DNA of 63,861 nucleotides, the filler included, from Octopus bimaculoides (Eukaryota): NCBI RefSeq assembly GCF_001194135.2. It is 4 parts of 4 records of this genome, joined end to end, with 100 filler letters (N's around TTAATTAATTAA, not from the genome) between each part and the next. Parts side by side here need not be neighbours in the genome. Positions count along the whole stretch, not along the records: positions 7,298 to 30,032 come from NC_069002.1; 3 more parts are not named here. The stretch is one strand, 5' to 3'. Position 1 is the first letter of the stretch. Each line of letters opens with the position of its first letter. The notes below the pieces were generated by a model, which was not told the DNA's origin, did no database searches, and saw nothing but the letters and a program-made list of their open reading frames with translations. A program made the position numbers and the translations under genes. Of the stretch, positions 13,337 through 26,862 are shown piece after piece.

Positions 13337-14083
13337 CAGTGTACATTTAAACTCATAAGAAAGATGTCCATAATAGGACATCTAACCCGCTAGAAGGAGC
13401 AGTCAAACTCCAAACCACAATTAGGGATAATTTCGAAAGGGAATGAAAAATAAAAACATTTACCATCTATTTCCTGAACCAATGGTTTCAAACTATTTTC
13501 AGCAAAATAAAATAATTTGCTAGGCCAGTTATCATCAGCAGGAAAGCCAAAATTAACATATAAACACGAGGCGGGGTTAGATGTCCTATTATGGACATCT
13601 CTCTTATGTGTTTAACTGTACACTGTATGTATTTATATGAATAATATATAGTCTATTGACTAGTTCTTTCTTTTCGCTAGACCACTGGTAGCAAAATAAA
13701 TTTCTAAATTTTTTTTGCTACTCTGATATTTATTAATAATAATATAATGATTTTTTGTCTAATTTCTGAAAGAAAATCGGCATTTTTTGTATTTGCTGCC
13801 GATAAGAAAAATCATAACATATAAGCACGAGGCATGTTCTATGCATCGCCTCGTGTTTATATGTTAATCTTGGCTTTCCTGCTGACGGTAGCTGGCCTAG
13901 CAAATTATTTTATTTTGCTGAAAATAGCTTGAAACCATTGGTCCAGGAAATAGATGGTAAATGTTTTTATTTTTCATTCCTTTTCGAAATTATCCCTAAT
14001 TGTGGATTGGAGTTTGACTGCTCCTTCTAGTGGGTTAGATGTCCTGTTATGGACATCTCTCTTATGTGTTTAAATGTACACTG
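13337..14083. mobile_element. Tc1/mariner-type MITE with ~235 bp terminal inverted repeats and TA target duplication
   Basis: TA|CAGTGTACATTTAAAC at 13335 and GTTTAAATGTACACTG|TA at 14085. Arm 13337-13572 pairs with 13848-14083 at high identity. Confidence 0.85.
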
Positions 14084-14449
14084 TATGTATTTATATGAAT
14101 AATATATAGTCTATTGACTAGTTCTTTCTTCTCGTTAGACCACTGGTAGCAAAATAAATTTCAAGTCTTCTGCATCAGATCTACCCTACCCCCAGATACA
14201 TAAACGGCAATATAAATAAATAAATAAATAAAACCAACAACAATGACAGCATCGACGAAAGCAAACACCACACAAACAAAACATACCGCCATCATTATAC
14301 AAGAAAAATGAATTCGTCCTCAATTAATAAAATGAAACTTATTTTTTCCATCTTCAAAGAACTGGAGAATTTCGAAGACCAGTGAAAAAAAAGAAAAAAC
14401 GAAAAAAATCACAGAATTCAGTGATATTTTTTTCTAAGACTATTTGCAG

Positions 14450-14531
14450 CAATAGAACAATCGATGAAGGCGTTTTGTTGGTTCCGAGCGACGACATTTT
14501 GGTAGAAGACTCTAACTTGACGGAGAAATAA
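14450..14531 (+). CDS. Candidate terminal exon of an unidentified plus-strand gene
   Basis: ttttttctaagactatttgcag| then (phase 2) NRTIDEGVLLVPSDDILVEDSNLTEK-TAA. Phase-compatible with the 4708-4810 candidate. No homology recognised. Confidence 0.25.
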
Positions 14532-14606
14532 TCTTCTTTACTATCAAATCACATTCAAACATTTCATGACAAGTGCTATGTAAGTTATATAACATACTCT
14601 CAAAGC

Positions 14607-14646
<40 letters not shown>

Positions 14647-14922
14647 CGTGGGTGTGCGTATGTATTTGTGTGTTTGTATGAGAGTGCTTGTATGCATGCA
14701 TTTATATATATATGTATATGTATTTATATAGACGTGTGTGTTTATATGTATGTACGTGTCTGTATACATATGTGTGTGTGTGTGTGTGTGTGTGTGTTTG
14801 TGTGTGTCTTTGTGTGTATGTGTGTATATGTGCGTGTGACCACATACATAATTATGTATATGGGTATATATAATGTAGTTATATATGTGCGCGCATCTCT
14901 CCTCTCTCTCTCCCTCTCCCTC

Positions 14923-14958
<36 letters not shown>

Positions 14959-15494
14959 NNNNNNNNNNNNNNNNNNNNNNNNNNNNNNNNNNNNNNNNNN
15001 NNNNNNNNNNNNNNNNNNNNNNNNNNNNNNNNNNNNNNNNNNNNNNNNNNNNNNNNNNNNNNNNNNNNNNNNNNNNNNNNNNNNNNNNNNNNNNNNNNNN
15101 NNNNNNNNNNNNNNNNNNNNNNNNNNNNNNNNNNNNNNNNNNNNNNNNNNNNNNNNNNNNNNNNNNNNNNNNNNNNNNNNNNNNNNNNNNNNNNNNNNNN
15201 NNNNNNNNNNNNNNNNNNNNNNNNNNNNNNNNNNNNNNNNNNNNNNNNNNNNNNNNNNNNNNNNNNNNNNNNNNNNNNNNNNNNNNNNNNNNNNNNNNNN
15301 NNNNNNNNNNNNNNNNNNNNNNNNNNNNNNNNNNNNNNNNNNNNNNNNNNNNNNNNNNNNNNNNNNNNNNNNNNNNNNNNNNNNNNNNNNNNNNNNNNNN
15401 NNNNNNNNNNNNNNNNNNNNNNNNNNNNNNNNNNNNNNNNNNNNNNNNNNNNNNNNNNNNNNNNNNNNNNNNNNNNNNNNNNNNNNNNNNNNNN

Positions 15495-15543
<49 letters not shown>

Positions 15544-17949
15544 TATATATTTATGTATATATACATGCATATATATATACATATATATACACATATATAA
15601 ACACACACACATATATATATGCTCACACACATTCGTACACAAAGATACATGAGTATATGTATGTATGTATGTATGTATGTATTATACATGGTTTCCTGTG
15701 TACGTATATAAGTTTTTTGTGTGCAGGTGTATACGCACACGCACACATATATCAATATTTGTACGTTTTGTGCATGTGCTTGTGATTGCGTCTGATTGCA
15801 TGTGTGTACGTATGTACGGGTGTGCATTAGCGTGTGTGTGAGTGTTTGTATGTGTGTGTGTGTGTTTGTGTATGCTTGTGTGTGTGCGTGTGTATGTAAG
15901 TGTGTGTGCACGTGTGTGTATGTGTGTGCGTGTGTGTATGTGTGTCTCTATACCATGTTAAGAACTTCCAGTTCTTAACATGCTGAAATAAATACTTCCA
16001 GACGTTCAAAATCTGTGTTTATTTGATTTTTATTAGTGATCGCTGTTGTTGTTGTTGTTGCTGTTGTTGTTGCTGTTGTCATTGCCTTGGGTGTTGTTGT
16101 TTTTGTTGTTATTATTATTGTTGTTGTTGTGGCTGATGCTGTTCGCGATGGCGGCGCCATTGGTGATGAAGATTTGCTAATATCACATGTCCTCGGTTAT
16201 ATTTACCGTTTTTTTCTTTATTTCCTATAAACCAATCACTAAATCATTCTATGCAAGGAGTTCAAACACGAACTGTCAAATTTCGTTTATATATATANNN
16301 NNNNNNNNNNNNNNNNNNNNNNNNNNNNNNNNNNNNNNNNNNNNNNNNNNNNNNNNNNNNNNNNNNNNNNNNNNNNNNNNNNNNNNNNNNNNNNNNNNNN
16401 NNNNNNNNNNNNNNNNNNNNNNNNNNNNNNNNNNNNNNNNNNNNNNNNNNNNNNNNNNNNNNNNNNNNNNNNNNNNNNNNNNNNNNNNNNNNNNNNNNNN
16501 NNNNNNNNNNNNNNNNNNNNNNNNNNNNNNNNNNNNNNNNNNNNNNNNNNNNNNNNNNNNNNNNNNNNNNNNNNNNNNNNNNNNNNNNNNNNNNNNNNNN
16601 NNNNNNNNNNNNNNNNNNNNNNNNNNNNNNNNNNNNNNNNNNNNNNNNNNNNNNNNNNNNNNNNNNNNNNNNNNNNNNNNNNNNNNNNNNNNNNNNNNNN
16701 NNNNNNNNNNNNNNNNNNNNNNNNNNNNNNNNNNNNNNNNNNNNNNNNNNNNNNNNNNNNNNNNNNNNNNNNNNNNNNNNNNNNNNNNNNNNNNNNNNNN
16801 NNNNNNNNNNNNNNNNNNNNNNNNNNNNNNNNNNNNNNNNNNNNNNNNNNNNNNNNNNNNNNNNNNNNNNNNNNNNNNNNNNNNNNNNNNNNNNNNNNNN
16901 NNNNNNNNNNNNNNNNNNNNNNNNNNNNNNNNNNNNNNNNNNNNNNNNNNNNNNNNNNNNNNNNNNNNNNNNNNNNNNNNNNNNNNNNNNNNNNNNNNNN
17001 NNNNNNNNNNNNNNNNNNNNNNNNNNNNNNNNNNNTCTCTCTCTCTCCCTTTCTCTGTCTCAGCTTTTCTCTTTCTCTTTCTCTGTCTCAGCTTTTCTCT
17101 TTCTCTTTCTCTGTCTCAGCTTTTCTCTTTCTCTTTCTCTCTCTTTCTCTCTCCCTCTCATTCTCCCTCAACGCCCTCCTGTACTCAACAAGTCTGTATG
17201 ATCGATGCAGACATTACCACTTAAATTTAAATCTTAAACATTAGATTCATACGTCATTATTCACTAGCTTATTTTTGTCTGTGACTGAAGTATATCGACT
17301 GTATGTACAATCTAAGATTATGCTACCTTTTTGACATTACTGCCATAAGTAATTTCGTATTGTCGTGCAGTATTCCATTGAGTAGTATTTTCCAAACTCT
17401 GTTGCACCACGGATCGGTTTTATGTAAGATAATTTTTCCATGACCTGAGGATCAGACGCATAACAAGACACAATAAAGTGCATAATATATATAATTCAAA
17501 GGTGCAAGCGTGGCTGTGTGGTAAGAAGCTTACTTCCCAACCACATAGTTCCGGGTCCTCCACTCTCAATAACCGTCTTCGTACCAAAATTTGTAACAAT
17601 TAATTTATTCTCTAATATAATGTGTTCTGCTTGACGGAGTTCATTTTTATCTGTTTTTCTGCATTATACTTATTAAGCATTTCATTCATATCATATACTT
17701 TATATGCGGCTTATGTCTCATATACTTGTTGCGCTGCATAACTTCCTCTGAAGATTTATCGCAAGGTCTGCTAATTTGGTAGAATCATCATTGCTGATTA
17801 CTGTTTGTTTTATTCAGTGGGCTTCTTTATCAGCTGTCAGGTACATAGAAACTATGAAACTATTCAGAAGGAAGTTTCTCCGTTGTTGGCATTTAGACAA
17901 TCTCTCTGATCACGGTTTCAGAGAATTTATCATATATATCAATATCTAG

Positions 17950-19090
17950 ACCTTTTCTGTTAGACAAGATAATGTCGTGATCCTTTGACTCATGGCGTGA
18001 AGATGCGGTATGCTAGTGAAACGTGTTCATAACCTTGATTCCCAAGTTTCTAGATTAATTTGGTCAGAAGTGTGACATTTTCCCTATTCCTTGATTCGCA
18101 TAAATGAAGATGGTGATAGTAACGAGCCTTGAAAATTGCTTGCTCGGACCGCGCATCATTCCTTCCATAACCTTTCATGGATGCTATGGATGCTTGATAT
18201 GCAAGTGCCTTGGAGAAACGGAACTCACCGAATGAGCAAATAGAAGAACTTTGACGGTTATAGGATGAATATTGGGGTGGAAATATCGGGTGTAAAATTT
18301 CGGTTGTTAGTGTATTAGCAGCGAAATGATGTAGCCCAACCAGCAATAGGTGTCTTCAGCGTCGTGTTTATCGAAAAGTTTATAATATTCAAGTTTCAAT
18401 GGAAAGTATTATCTTACTGGAGCTAGAAGGTTCTGGCCTTTCAACGGTGAGATTCAAGTTATATGTTATATGGTGGATTGAACCAGATTACTTTCCGATT
18501 GATGATTCTAGCATGAAATGTATTTTATATGTATAGTAGAATTCAGTGAATTGGGTTTTAGCTATTGCATTTGTATACTGAAGGACGTTTCTGTTTAAGA
18601 TATACTTATTCAAGGGTCGGTCAAAAGCTTTTACACTTATATAACCTGCTGGTTTCCAAATTCTGACTCGGTTTTTGTCGAAATTTTTATAGATGACTGT
18701 AGAGTTCATATCTTAATTTCAGTAGGGTATTTGCCACTCTTTGAATCTGGTGTTACGACAAAGAATCTTGTTATCGTTAAATTAGTGGTATTATATAAGT
18801 CGTACTTTTTAAACACCCCTATTGAACCCTTTCTGAATTTGTCAATGGCACATTGTATGAGATTGCTTAGCCATCATCTCTGTGCAATCCGGATCTGTGA
18901 AAATGCGTTTTTACGGATATTGAAAATAAATCATTTCACGATATCGGCTACCAGATTCATCGCAGTCATATCGGAGACGCCTAACATGACATCACCTTTC
19001 CTGTTCAATAGAAATTGTCAATAGGTCACAGCGACTTTCTAGCTTTCATTTTTATCCTAATATACTGGCCACTAATTTCTAGAAAATGCT
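17950..19090 (-). mobile_element. Penelope-like retroelement, heavily decayed RT-linker-GIY-YIG
   Basis: Minus-strand remnants GLHRDDG (RT catalytic motif, cf. GLYRDDG), RKVIWFNP and AIFKARYYHH, in the order expected for a Neptune-type PLE ORF. Confidence 0.65.
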
Positions 19091-20194
19091 CTCCCGAATA
19101 TAATATCCATCTATTATATCTTTTCCTGAAAGCTATAGACTTATATATAGATGGATATTATATCTGAATATACATCAATAAAGAAAGGGGAAAAATGAAA
19201 GAAAATGATTCTTCCATCACTTTTTACTAATTTTTCTATTATTATCAATATATTTCACTGTCCACTACCAAGGACATATATTCCTATATGCTTATATGTA
19301 TGTATGCATGTATGTATGTGTAAACAAACACACACACATACATATGCATATACGTGCGTATATATCTATATATATGTATATATATATATACATACATATA
19401 TGTATACGCGCATATATGTGTATACACGCATATATATATATGCATATATATATATANNNNNNNNNNNNNNNNNNNNNNNNNNNNNNNNNNNNNNNNNNNN
19501 NNNNNNNNNNNNNNNNNNNNNNNNNNNNNNNNNNNNNNNNNNTATATATGTATGAGTGTGTACATGCTTATACTTATACTTACACGCACACATATGTATG
19601 TATTTATGTATGTGTGTATGTATGTATATATATCCTCTATACATATAAAACACACATAGAGGTATATGCGATCTGTAAATTATTCTTAAAGAGTTATTTT
19701 ACCATACAAGGTCTATAACCTAAGTTGACTGAGTGGTGGGGACTTTCTAATCGACAAAATAGAATGAAACAGTAACGCCCCACCCATCATGACATAGCTG
19801 GGTGTGACTGGACAACTAGAAGACAAACAACCATAGTAGTTCTTGCTATCTTTGCTTTGTGTTACTGAGGTAGGTCTAACTGCTATTTCTATCTGATTGT
19901 GTGACCATTTATAAACGTTCCTCCTTAGCTGATATCTTGTTTTGTTAGGCATGGCTATGTGGTTAAAAAGCTCGCTTTGCAACCGCATGAACAGATAAAG
20001 ATATAAGAATAATGACTTGCAAGTACGTGGTATCTCGTTATGCAATCATAATATACCATAAAGAATATTAGACGTTTTTATAAATCAATAACGCGTTCTA
20101 CTGTGTTAGCACTGCGCCTTTACATTACTCTGTTAAGGTTATCTCTACAGATATTCTATAAAAAATATAGCCAGCACTGTAGACCGAAAGTTTG

Positions 20195-20680
20195 GGGGAG
20201 GTGGGAGCCAGTCGATTAGATCGACCCAGTATGCAACTGGTGCTTAATTTATTAACCCCGAAAGGATGAAAGGCAAAGTCGACCTCGGCGGAATTTGAAC
20301 TCAGAACGTGAAGACAGACGAAATACCGCTAAGCATTTCGCCCGGAGTACTAACGTTTCTTATTTCTTTATTGCCCACAAGGGGCTAAACAGAGAGGGGA
20401 CAAACAAGGACAGACAAAGGGATTAAGTCGATTACATCGACCCCAGTGCGTAACTGGTGCTTATTTAATCGACCCCGAAAGGATGAAAGGCAAAGTCGAC
20501 TTCGGCGGAATTTGAACTCGTAACGTAACGGCAGACGAAATACCGCTAAGCATTTCACCCAACATGCTAACGTTTCTGCCAGCACGCCGCCTTATTTTAT
20601 TGACCGCCCCCGAAAGGAGGAATTTGAAGTCAGAACGTAAAGACGAACGAAATACTGTCGATTCTACCAGCTTACTACCT
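20195..20680 (-). mobile_element. Three tandem copies of SINE family B (middle copy near full length)
   Basis: Repeated gaaaggatgaaaggcaaagtcgac...cggcggaatttgaactc...aaataccgctaagcatttc. Middle copy ends ...ctgccagcacgccgcc. Confidence 0.85.
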
Positions 20681-20977
20681 TATCACAATCAGTAATAGCT
20701 ATCGTTATGACTTTTCAATAATATATAGATATCAAATTTTATTAGTTTGTTATCGCTTCTGAGAAGTAAGGTGATATCCCACGTCTTCGTTAAATGTTGA
20801 ATAGCAGCTAACAGCGTTTGTGGTGCTTTCGATAGTAATAAATCTTCCATAATTATGTCATAGTATGTGGGATCCTCTCCATTGTCACTGAAGATGACAG
20901 TAATGATAGCTAAATCTCCCTCAAGTCACGTTCTATCTTGTGTATGCAAAGAATACTTCAGATTTTATGATCCAGCA

Positions 20978-21305
20978 TACTCATGGCTCACTGGTTAGAG
21001 CGTCGGGCTCAATCACGAGGTAGGGATTTCGATTCCTAGAACGGGCTGCGCGTTGCGTTCTTGAGCAAGACACTTTATTTCACGTTGCTCCAGTTCACTC
21101 AGCTGTAGGAATGAATTGCGACATCACTGGTGCCAAGCTGTATCGGCCCCTTTGCCTTTTCCTTGGGTAACATCAGGGCATGGAGAGGAGAGGCTGGTAT
21201 GCATGGGTGACTGCTGGTCGTCCAGAAACAACTTTGCCCAGAATTGTACCTAGGAGGGTAACTTTCTAGGTGCAATTCCATGGTCATTGATGTCCGAAGG
21301 GTGTC
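20978..21305 (+). mobile_element. SINE family C
   Basis: catggctcactggttagagcgtcggg...ttcgattcc (A/B boxes), then ttcttgagcaagacactttatttcacgttgctccagttcactcagctg. Confidence 0.8.
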
Positions 21306-21514
21306 TGTATCTTTGTTTGGTCATGCCTGGAACGCTTTTGATTGAATGTCTGCTCGATAAAAGCTGAACTCGATAATCTAAAGCCAAAAATCGCAGCTAA
21401 ATCTCTTTCAGATCATATCCTACCTCCTTACACAAGAAAAGAATACTGTGAACAATATATTCCAGCATGCTTTTTAAAAGATGGTCATATCTGGAACGCT
21501 TTTGATCGTATATC

Positions 21515-22116
<602 letters not shown>

Positions 22117-22337
22117 TAACTTAACCAGAGGGGAAACTACATATGAAAAGAATAAGATAAGGTAGTCATGATTGGAATGCCTTTGGTCATAAGTCTGGAC
22201 TGAACAGAGATATTCCAACCGATATTCAACATCTAACGACATGATATATCACCTTACTTCTTAGAAGCGATAACAGACTAATAAAATCTAATATCTATAT
22301 ATTACTGAAATGTCATGGTGAGAGCTTGATAATATTA

Positions 22338-22391
<54 letters not shown>

Positions 22392-22594
22392 TCGTTGCTG
22401 CTGCTGCTGTCGTTGATGCTGCTGCTGCTCTTTGTCCTGTCATTAAACCTGTTATCATACCTGTTCACAAAACATGGTGTTTGTTATATGATATATTAGG
22501 CACGAGCCGACGAGGAGGGCTTCTAAGTGGTCCCGCAATTTGCTAGAACTGGCAGTCAAATCTTTCTTACCCTCAAATCTCTTCTTTCCTCATC

Positions 22595-22804
22595 TTTCTG
22601 TCTTTTACGGGGTTCAGTCATTGGACTGCGACCATGCTGCAGCATCGCCTTGAAGAATTTTAGTCGAACGAATCAACCCCGGTACATTTTTGCTATTGTT
22701 TTAATGCTCGGTACTTATTCTAGCCGTCTGTTTTGCCGAACTGCTAAGTTACGTGGACGTAAACACGCGAACACCATTTGTCAAGTGGTGGGGTACAAAA
22801 ACAT

Positions 22805-22882
<78 letters not shown>

Positions 22883-22997
22883 CAGGCTTCTTACAGTTTC
22901 CGTCTACCAAATCCACTCACAAGGTTTTGGATGGCCCTAGGCTATAGTAGAAGACACTTGCCCAATGTGCCACGCAGTGGGATTGAACTCAGAACAA
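22595..22997 (-). mobile_element. SINE family A, near-complete, with internal (CA)n
   Basis: ttcagtcattggactgcg...cagtttccgtctaccaaatccactcacaagg...gaagacacttgccc...gccacgcagtggga. Confidence 0.85.
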
Positions 22998-24126
22998 ACT
23001 TCTTATCACAGAGCCACTTTTGGACCTAATTGAGAAAAGAAAAAAGTGTACGTTAATCAGTGTAGTCTGCTTTTGGGGGTTAGAGTGTTGCACTGTCAAT
23101 CGGAAGATTGTGGTTTCGATTCCCAGACGAGCAGTGCATTGTAATTTCGGGCAAAACACTTCATTTCACGAGGTCCTGTTGACGCGGCTGTTAATGGGTA
23201 CATCTTGCAACAGACTGGCGTTTCGATCAGCGGGAAGTTGACCTGGCCGCCTAGGTAGCGAGATGCTATCATTCGAATGCTACAACAACACGAGGANNNN
23301 NNNNNNNNNNNNNNNNNNNNNNNNNNNNNNNNNNNNNNNNNNNNNNNNNNNNNNNNNNNNNNNNNNNNNNNNNNNNNNNNNNNNNNNNNNNNNNNNNNNN
23401 NNNNNNNNNNNNNNNNNNNNNNNNNNNNNNNNNNNNNNNNNNNNNNNNNNNNNNNNNNNNNNNNNNNNNNNNNNNNNNNNNNNNNNNNNNNNNNNNNNNN
23501 NNNNNNNNNNNNNNNNNNNNNNNNNNNNNNNNNNNNNNNNNNNNNNNNNNNNNNNNNNNNNNNNNNNNNNNNNNNNNNNNNNNNNNNNNNNNNNNNNNNN
23601 NNNNNNNNNNNNNNNNNNNNNNNNNNNNNNNNNNNNNNNNNNNNNNNNNNNNNNNNNNNNNNNNNNNNNNNNNNNNNNNNNNNNNNNNNNNNNNNNNNNN
23701 NNNNNNNNNNNNNNNNNNNNNNNNNNNNNNNNNNNNNNNNNNNNNNNNNNNNNNNNNNNNNNNNNNNNNNNNNNNNNNNNNNNNNNNNNNNNNNNNNNNN
23801 NNNNNNNNNNNNNNNNNNNNNNNNNNNNNNNNNNNNNNNNNNNNNNNNNNNNNNNNNNNNNNNNNNNNNNNNNNNNNNNNNNNNNNNNNNNNNNNNNNNN
23901 NNNNNNNNNNNNNNNNNNNNNNNNNNNNNNNNNNNNNNNNNNNNNNNNNNNNNNNNNNNNNNNNNNNNNNNNNNNNNNNNNNNNNNNNNNNNNNNNNNNN
24001 NNNNNNNNNNNNNNNNNNNNNNNNNNNNNNNNNNNNNNNNNNNNNNNNNNNNNNNNNNNNNNNNNNNNNNNNNNNNNNNNNNNNNTATATATATATAACT
24101 CTTGCTCCTTCTCTCTCTCTCTCTCT

Positions 24127-24164
<38 letters not shown>

Positions 24165-25082
24165 ACATACATGTATATATATATATTTGTGTGTGTGTGT
24201 GTGTGTGTGTATAAAGTTCTGCGGCTGCTTCGTTAGCAAACACTCTACCTCCGCCCTCCACCACTGACTGCGGAAGGATGGAAAGCAAAGTTGACCACAG
24301 CCGTATGTCTTTGTTTTTGTTTTTTTTATCACAGAACGCCAGAAAATAGAATAAATAGCGTCATGCGTTTTTGTTCGACGCACCAACGACTTTGCTTGCA
24401 ATAAATAATAAATAAAAAGCACCAACGTAACGTTATTCAGTGCGGATTACGGGTGACATAGAGAACAAACATCCCCGACGAAACCAGCAGCGCCACCATC
24501 CATGAGTTATCGAACATGGCGAATGTCAATCACTTTAGTTGGATTACTTTGTTTAAAGCAAGATCTATTGCGATGGCATCGGAATACTTGAGAAAGTCTT
24601 TCTATCAGATATATTAAACAGTTAAAAGAATTCTTTGGTAGGAAATCTACTCAAACTTAAAACCTTTGATCGCTAAGCAGCTTCGACAACAGACATCGTT
24701 CGTTGTGTGAAAGATGTCTGTCACGTATAATGACTGTTATTTTAAATCCTATAGCGTAAGTTGGTTCTCCAATGACGTCTTAAACTAGCCTTAAGCTAAC
24801 TACGTTGTGTGCAAAAAAAATTGTAAACAAGCTCACCATGATTGCAGACATTACAGCTACACGGCTTGCTAGAAACGGCAACGAAATCTTTTTCAAATGG
24901 CATCAGATAGTCTTAAAAACTAAGGGATGACACATTGAATAATGTAGTCCTAGGTGCATAATTCCTGACGATGAAACGGAATAGTGAAACCGGAGAGGTC
25001 TTAGATCATCTGTCAGCTGTTAAATCGGTGTTAAATAACACAAGTACAACAACACTAATATTTTTAATATTTCTGTACACGA

Positions 25083-25395
25083 AGGCGGCGAGCTGGCAGA
25101 AACGTTAGGACGCCGGGCGAAATGCTTAGCGGTATTTCGTGTGTGTGCGCGCGCACGTGTTTAAATATATGAGTATGTATGTGTGTCTTTTTGTCAGTGT
25201 TTATTCTCCACCGTCACCATTTGACAACCGGTGTTGGTTTATTTGCGTCCTCATGTCTTAGCGGTTCGGCAAAGCACACGGAAAACATCAAGCAAGAAGT
25301 TTTTAAAAAAATGCCTAAGCATTTGGTCGACTAAAACCCTTCAAGGAGGTGACCGAGCATGGCCGCAATCCAATGATTAAAACAAATAAAGAGAA
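25083..25395 (+). mobile_element. Chimeric SINE: family B head joined to family A 3' body
   Basis: ggcggcgagctggcagaaacgttagg...gcttagcggtatttcgt, then a (TG)-rich spacer, then ttgacaaccggtgttgg...ttagcggttcggcaaa...gcatggccgcaatccaatgattaaaacaa. Confidence 0.65.
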
Positions 25396-25423
25396 AATAT
25401 CTGAGAATATTGTTTAGAGGGAA

Positions 25424-25738
25424 GAGCACTCCGTCGGTTACGACGACGAGCGTCCCAGCTGATACGATCAACAGAACAGCTTGCTCGTGAAATTAACGTG
25501 CAAGTGACTGAGCACTCCACAGGCACGTGTACCACTAACGTAGTTCTCAGGGAGATTGAGCGTGACACAGAGTGTGACAAGGCCGGCCCTTTGAAATATA
25601 GGTACTACTCATTTGTGCCAGCTGAGTGAACTGGAGCAACGTGAAATAAAGTGTCTTGCTCAAGCACACAACGCGTCGCCGGGAATTGAACTCACGATCG
25701 TGAGCGCCGAATGCCCTAACCACTAAGCCACGCGCCTT
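25424..25738 (-). mobile_element. SINE family C, near full length
   Basis: Head reverse complement ...gaactcacgatcgtgagcgccgaatgccctaaccactaagccacgcgcc, CORE-like domain, and tail gagcactccgtcggttacgacgacgag. Confidence 0.85.
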
Positions 25739-26539
25739 CACTCATATTGTTTAAACCAAGCCAGACAGGCTTTGAGTGCTGTATGATGTTACTGAAACGA
25801 AGTCTAGCCTGCTACACGACTGCAGCAACAGCAAATACACCGACAAAGCGCTCGTAGGAGAGGAAACCAGAATTATGCAAGGCAAGAGGGAAGTTTTCAG
25901 GAAACAGCGTGGGGTAACTGTTGCATGAGACCTCGTTACTGCTCGTTACTGGCGGAGAAACGTTGCACGTACGTTAACAACAGGGTTTTGCATATGTATG
26001 TTTTCCGGAAATGTCGACCGGAAGTGTAGTTTTTGTTGGACATGTGACGGTTACATCATAACACAATTTGAAAGTTAAGCTTTTGCAATTCAAGAACAGG
26101 AGATAGTTTGAACATATTCGTGGAACAAAAACGACTGTGAAGTATTTAACTAGCAGGAAGCTGTAGAAAATGCGGACTTTGTGTCACATATCTGCGGAAG
26201 TTATTACATATGTAATAAACAGCTGTCGAAAAAAGGTTATTAAAATACTTCCTTTCTACGAAGCATGATGTTATTGTTAAAACAATATACAATATTTTCC
26301 GTATAAAGAACTGCTCGTGGATAAATAGAAAACATATTTCTAACGTAAAATACAATCAAATAAATAATATTGGTGGAATATTCCCATCAAAAGTTCTGCC
26401 AAATGCAAAACAAGCAAGGGACAGATGAGTATTTTAGACCGAAAACAAGTATCTTATGCTGGTATAGAGCCGATCTTCCAAAACTAAAAATTCTAAAGCG
26501 TTTCTGGAATACTGATTTTTTTCGCCTCTAAATGAAACG

Positions 26540-26733
26540 AATATTGCTTTCAAATTTTGGTACAAGGCCTGCAATTTCGGAGTTGGGCATAAGTCAGTTA
26601 TTTCGTCCCCTACTGCACCACGGAAAAGTAAAGCTGATCCCCAGCAGAATTTGAACTCAGAACGTAATAACAGACGAATTGCCGTTAAGTATTTCTGCCC
26701 AGTGGTCTAACAATTCTGCCAACACGCCACCTT
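26540..26733 (-). mobile_element. SINE family B, degenerate
   Basis: aattttggtacaaggcc...gaatttgaactcagaacgtaa...ctgccaacacgccacc. Confidence 0.7.
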
Positions 26734-26801
26734 AAATTAAGCAAATACTAAATTAACTTAAATAAAATCATTATACAAGTACCTGCACAATAGTATAAAC
26801 C

Positions 26802-26862
26802 AGTGGTTCCCTACCTGTGGTCCGCGGACTCCTGATTGTCCGCAAAGGTAGTACTGGGGATC
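26802..26862. mobile_element. Truncated copy of the hAT-type MITE seen at 52595-52760
   Basis: cagtggttccctacctgtggtccgcggactcctg...aaaggtagtactgggg matches the reverse complement of 52700-52760. Confidence 0.7.

Noticed and set aside
24548-24601. 54-nt minus-strand phase-0 micro-exon candidate KDFLKYSDAIAIDLALNK
   Set aside because: Too short to distinguish from chance, and it would split the kinase glycine-rich loop.
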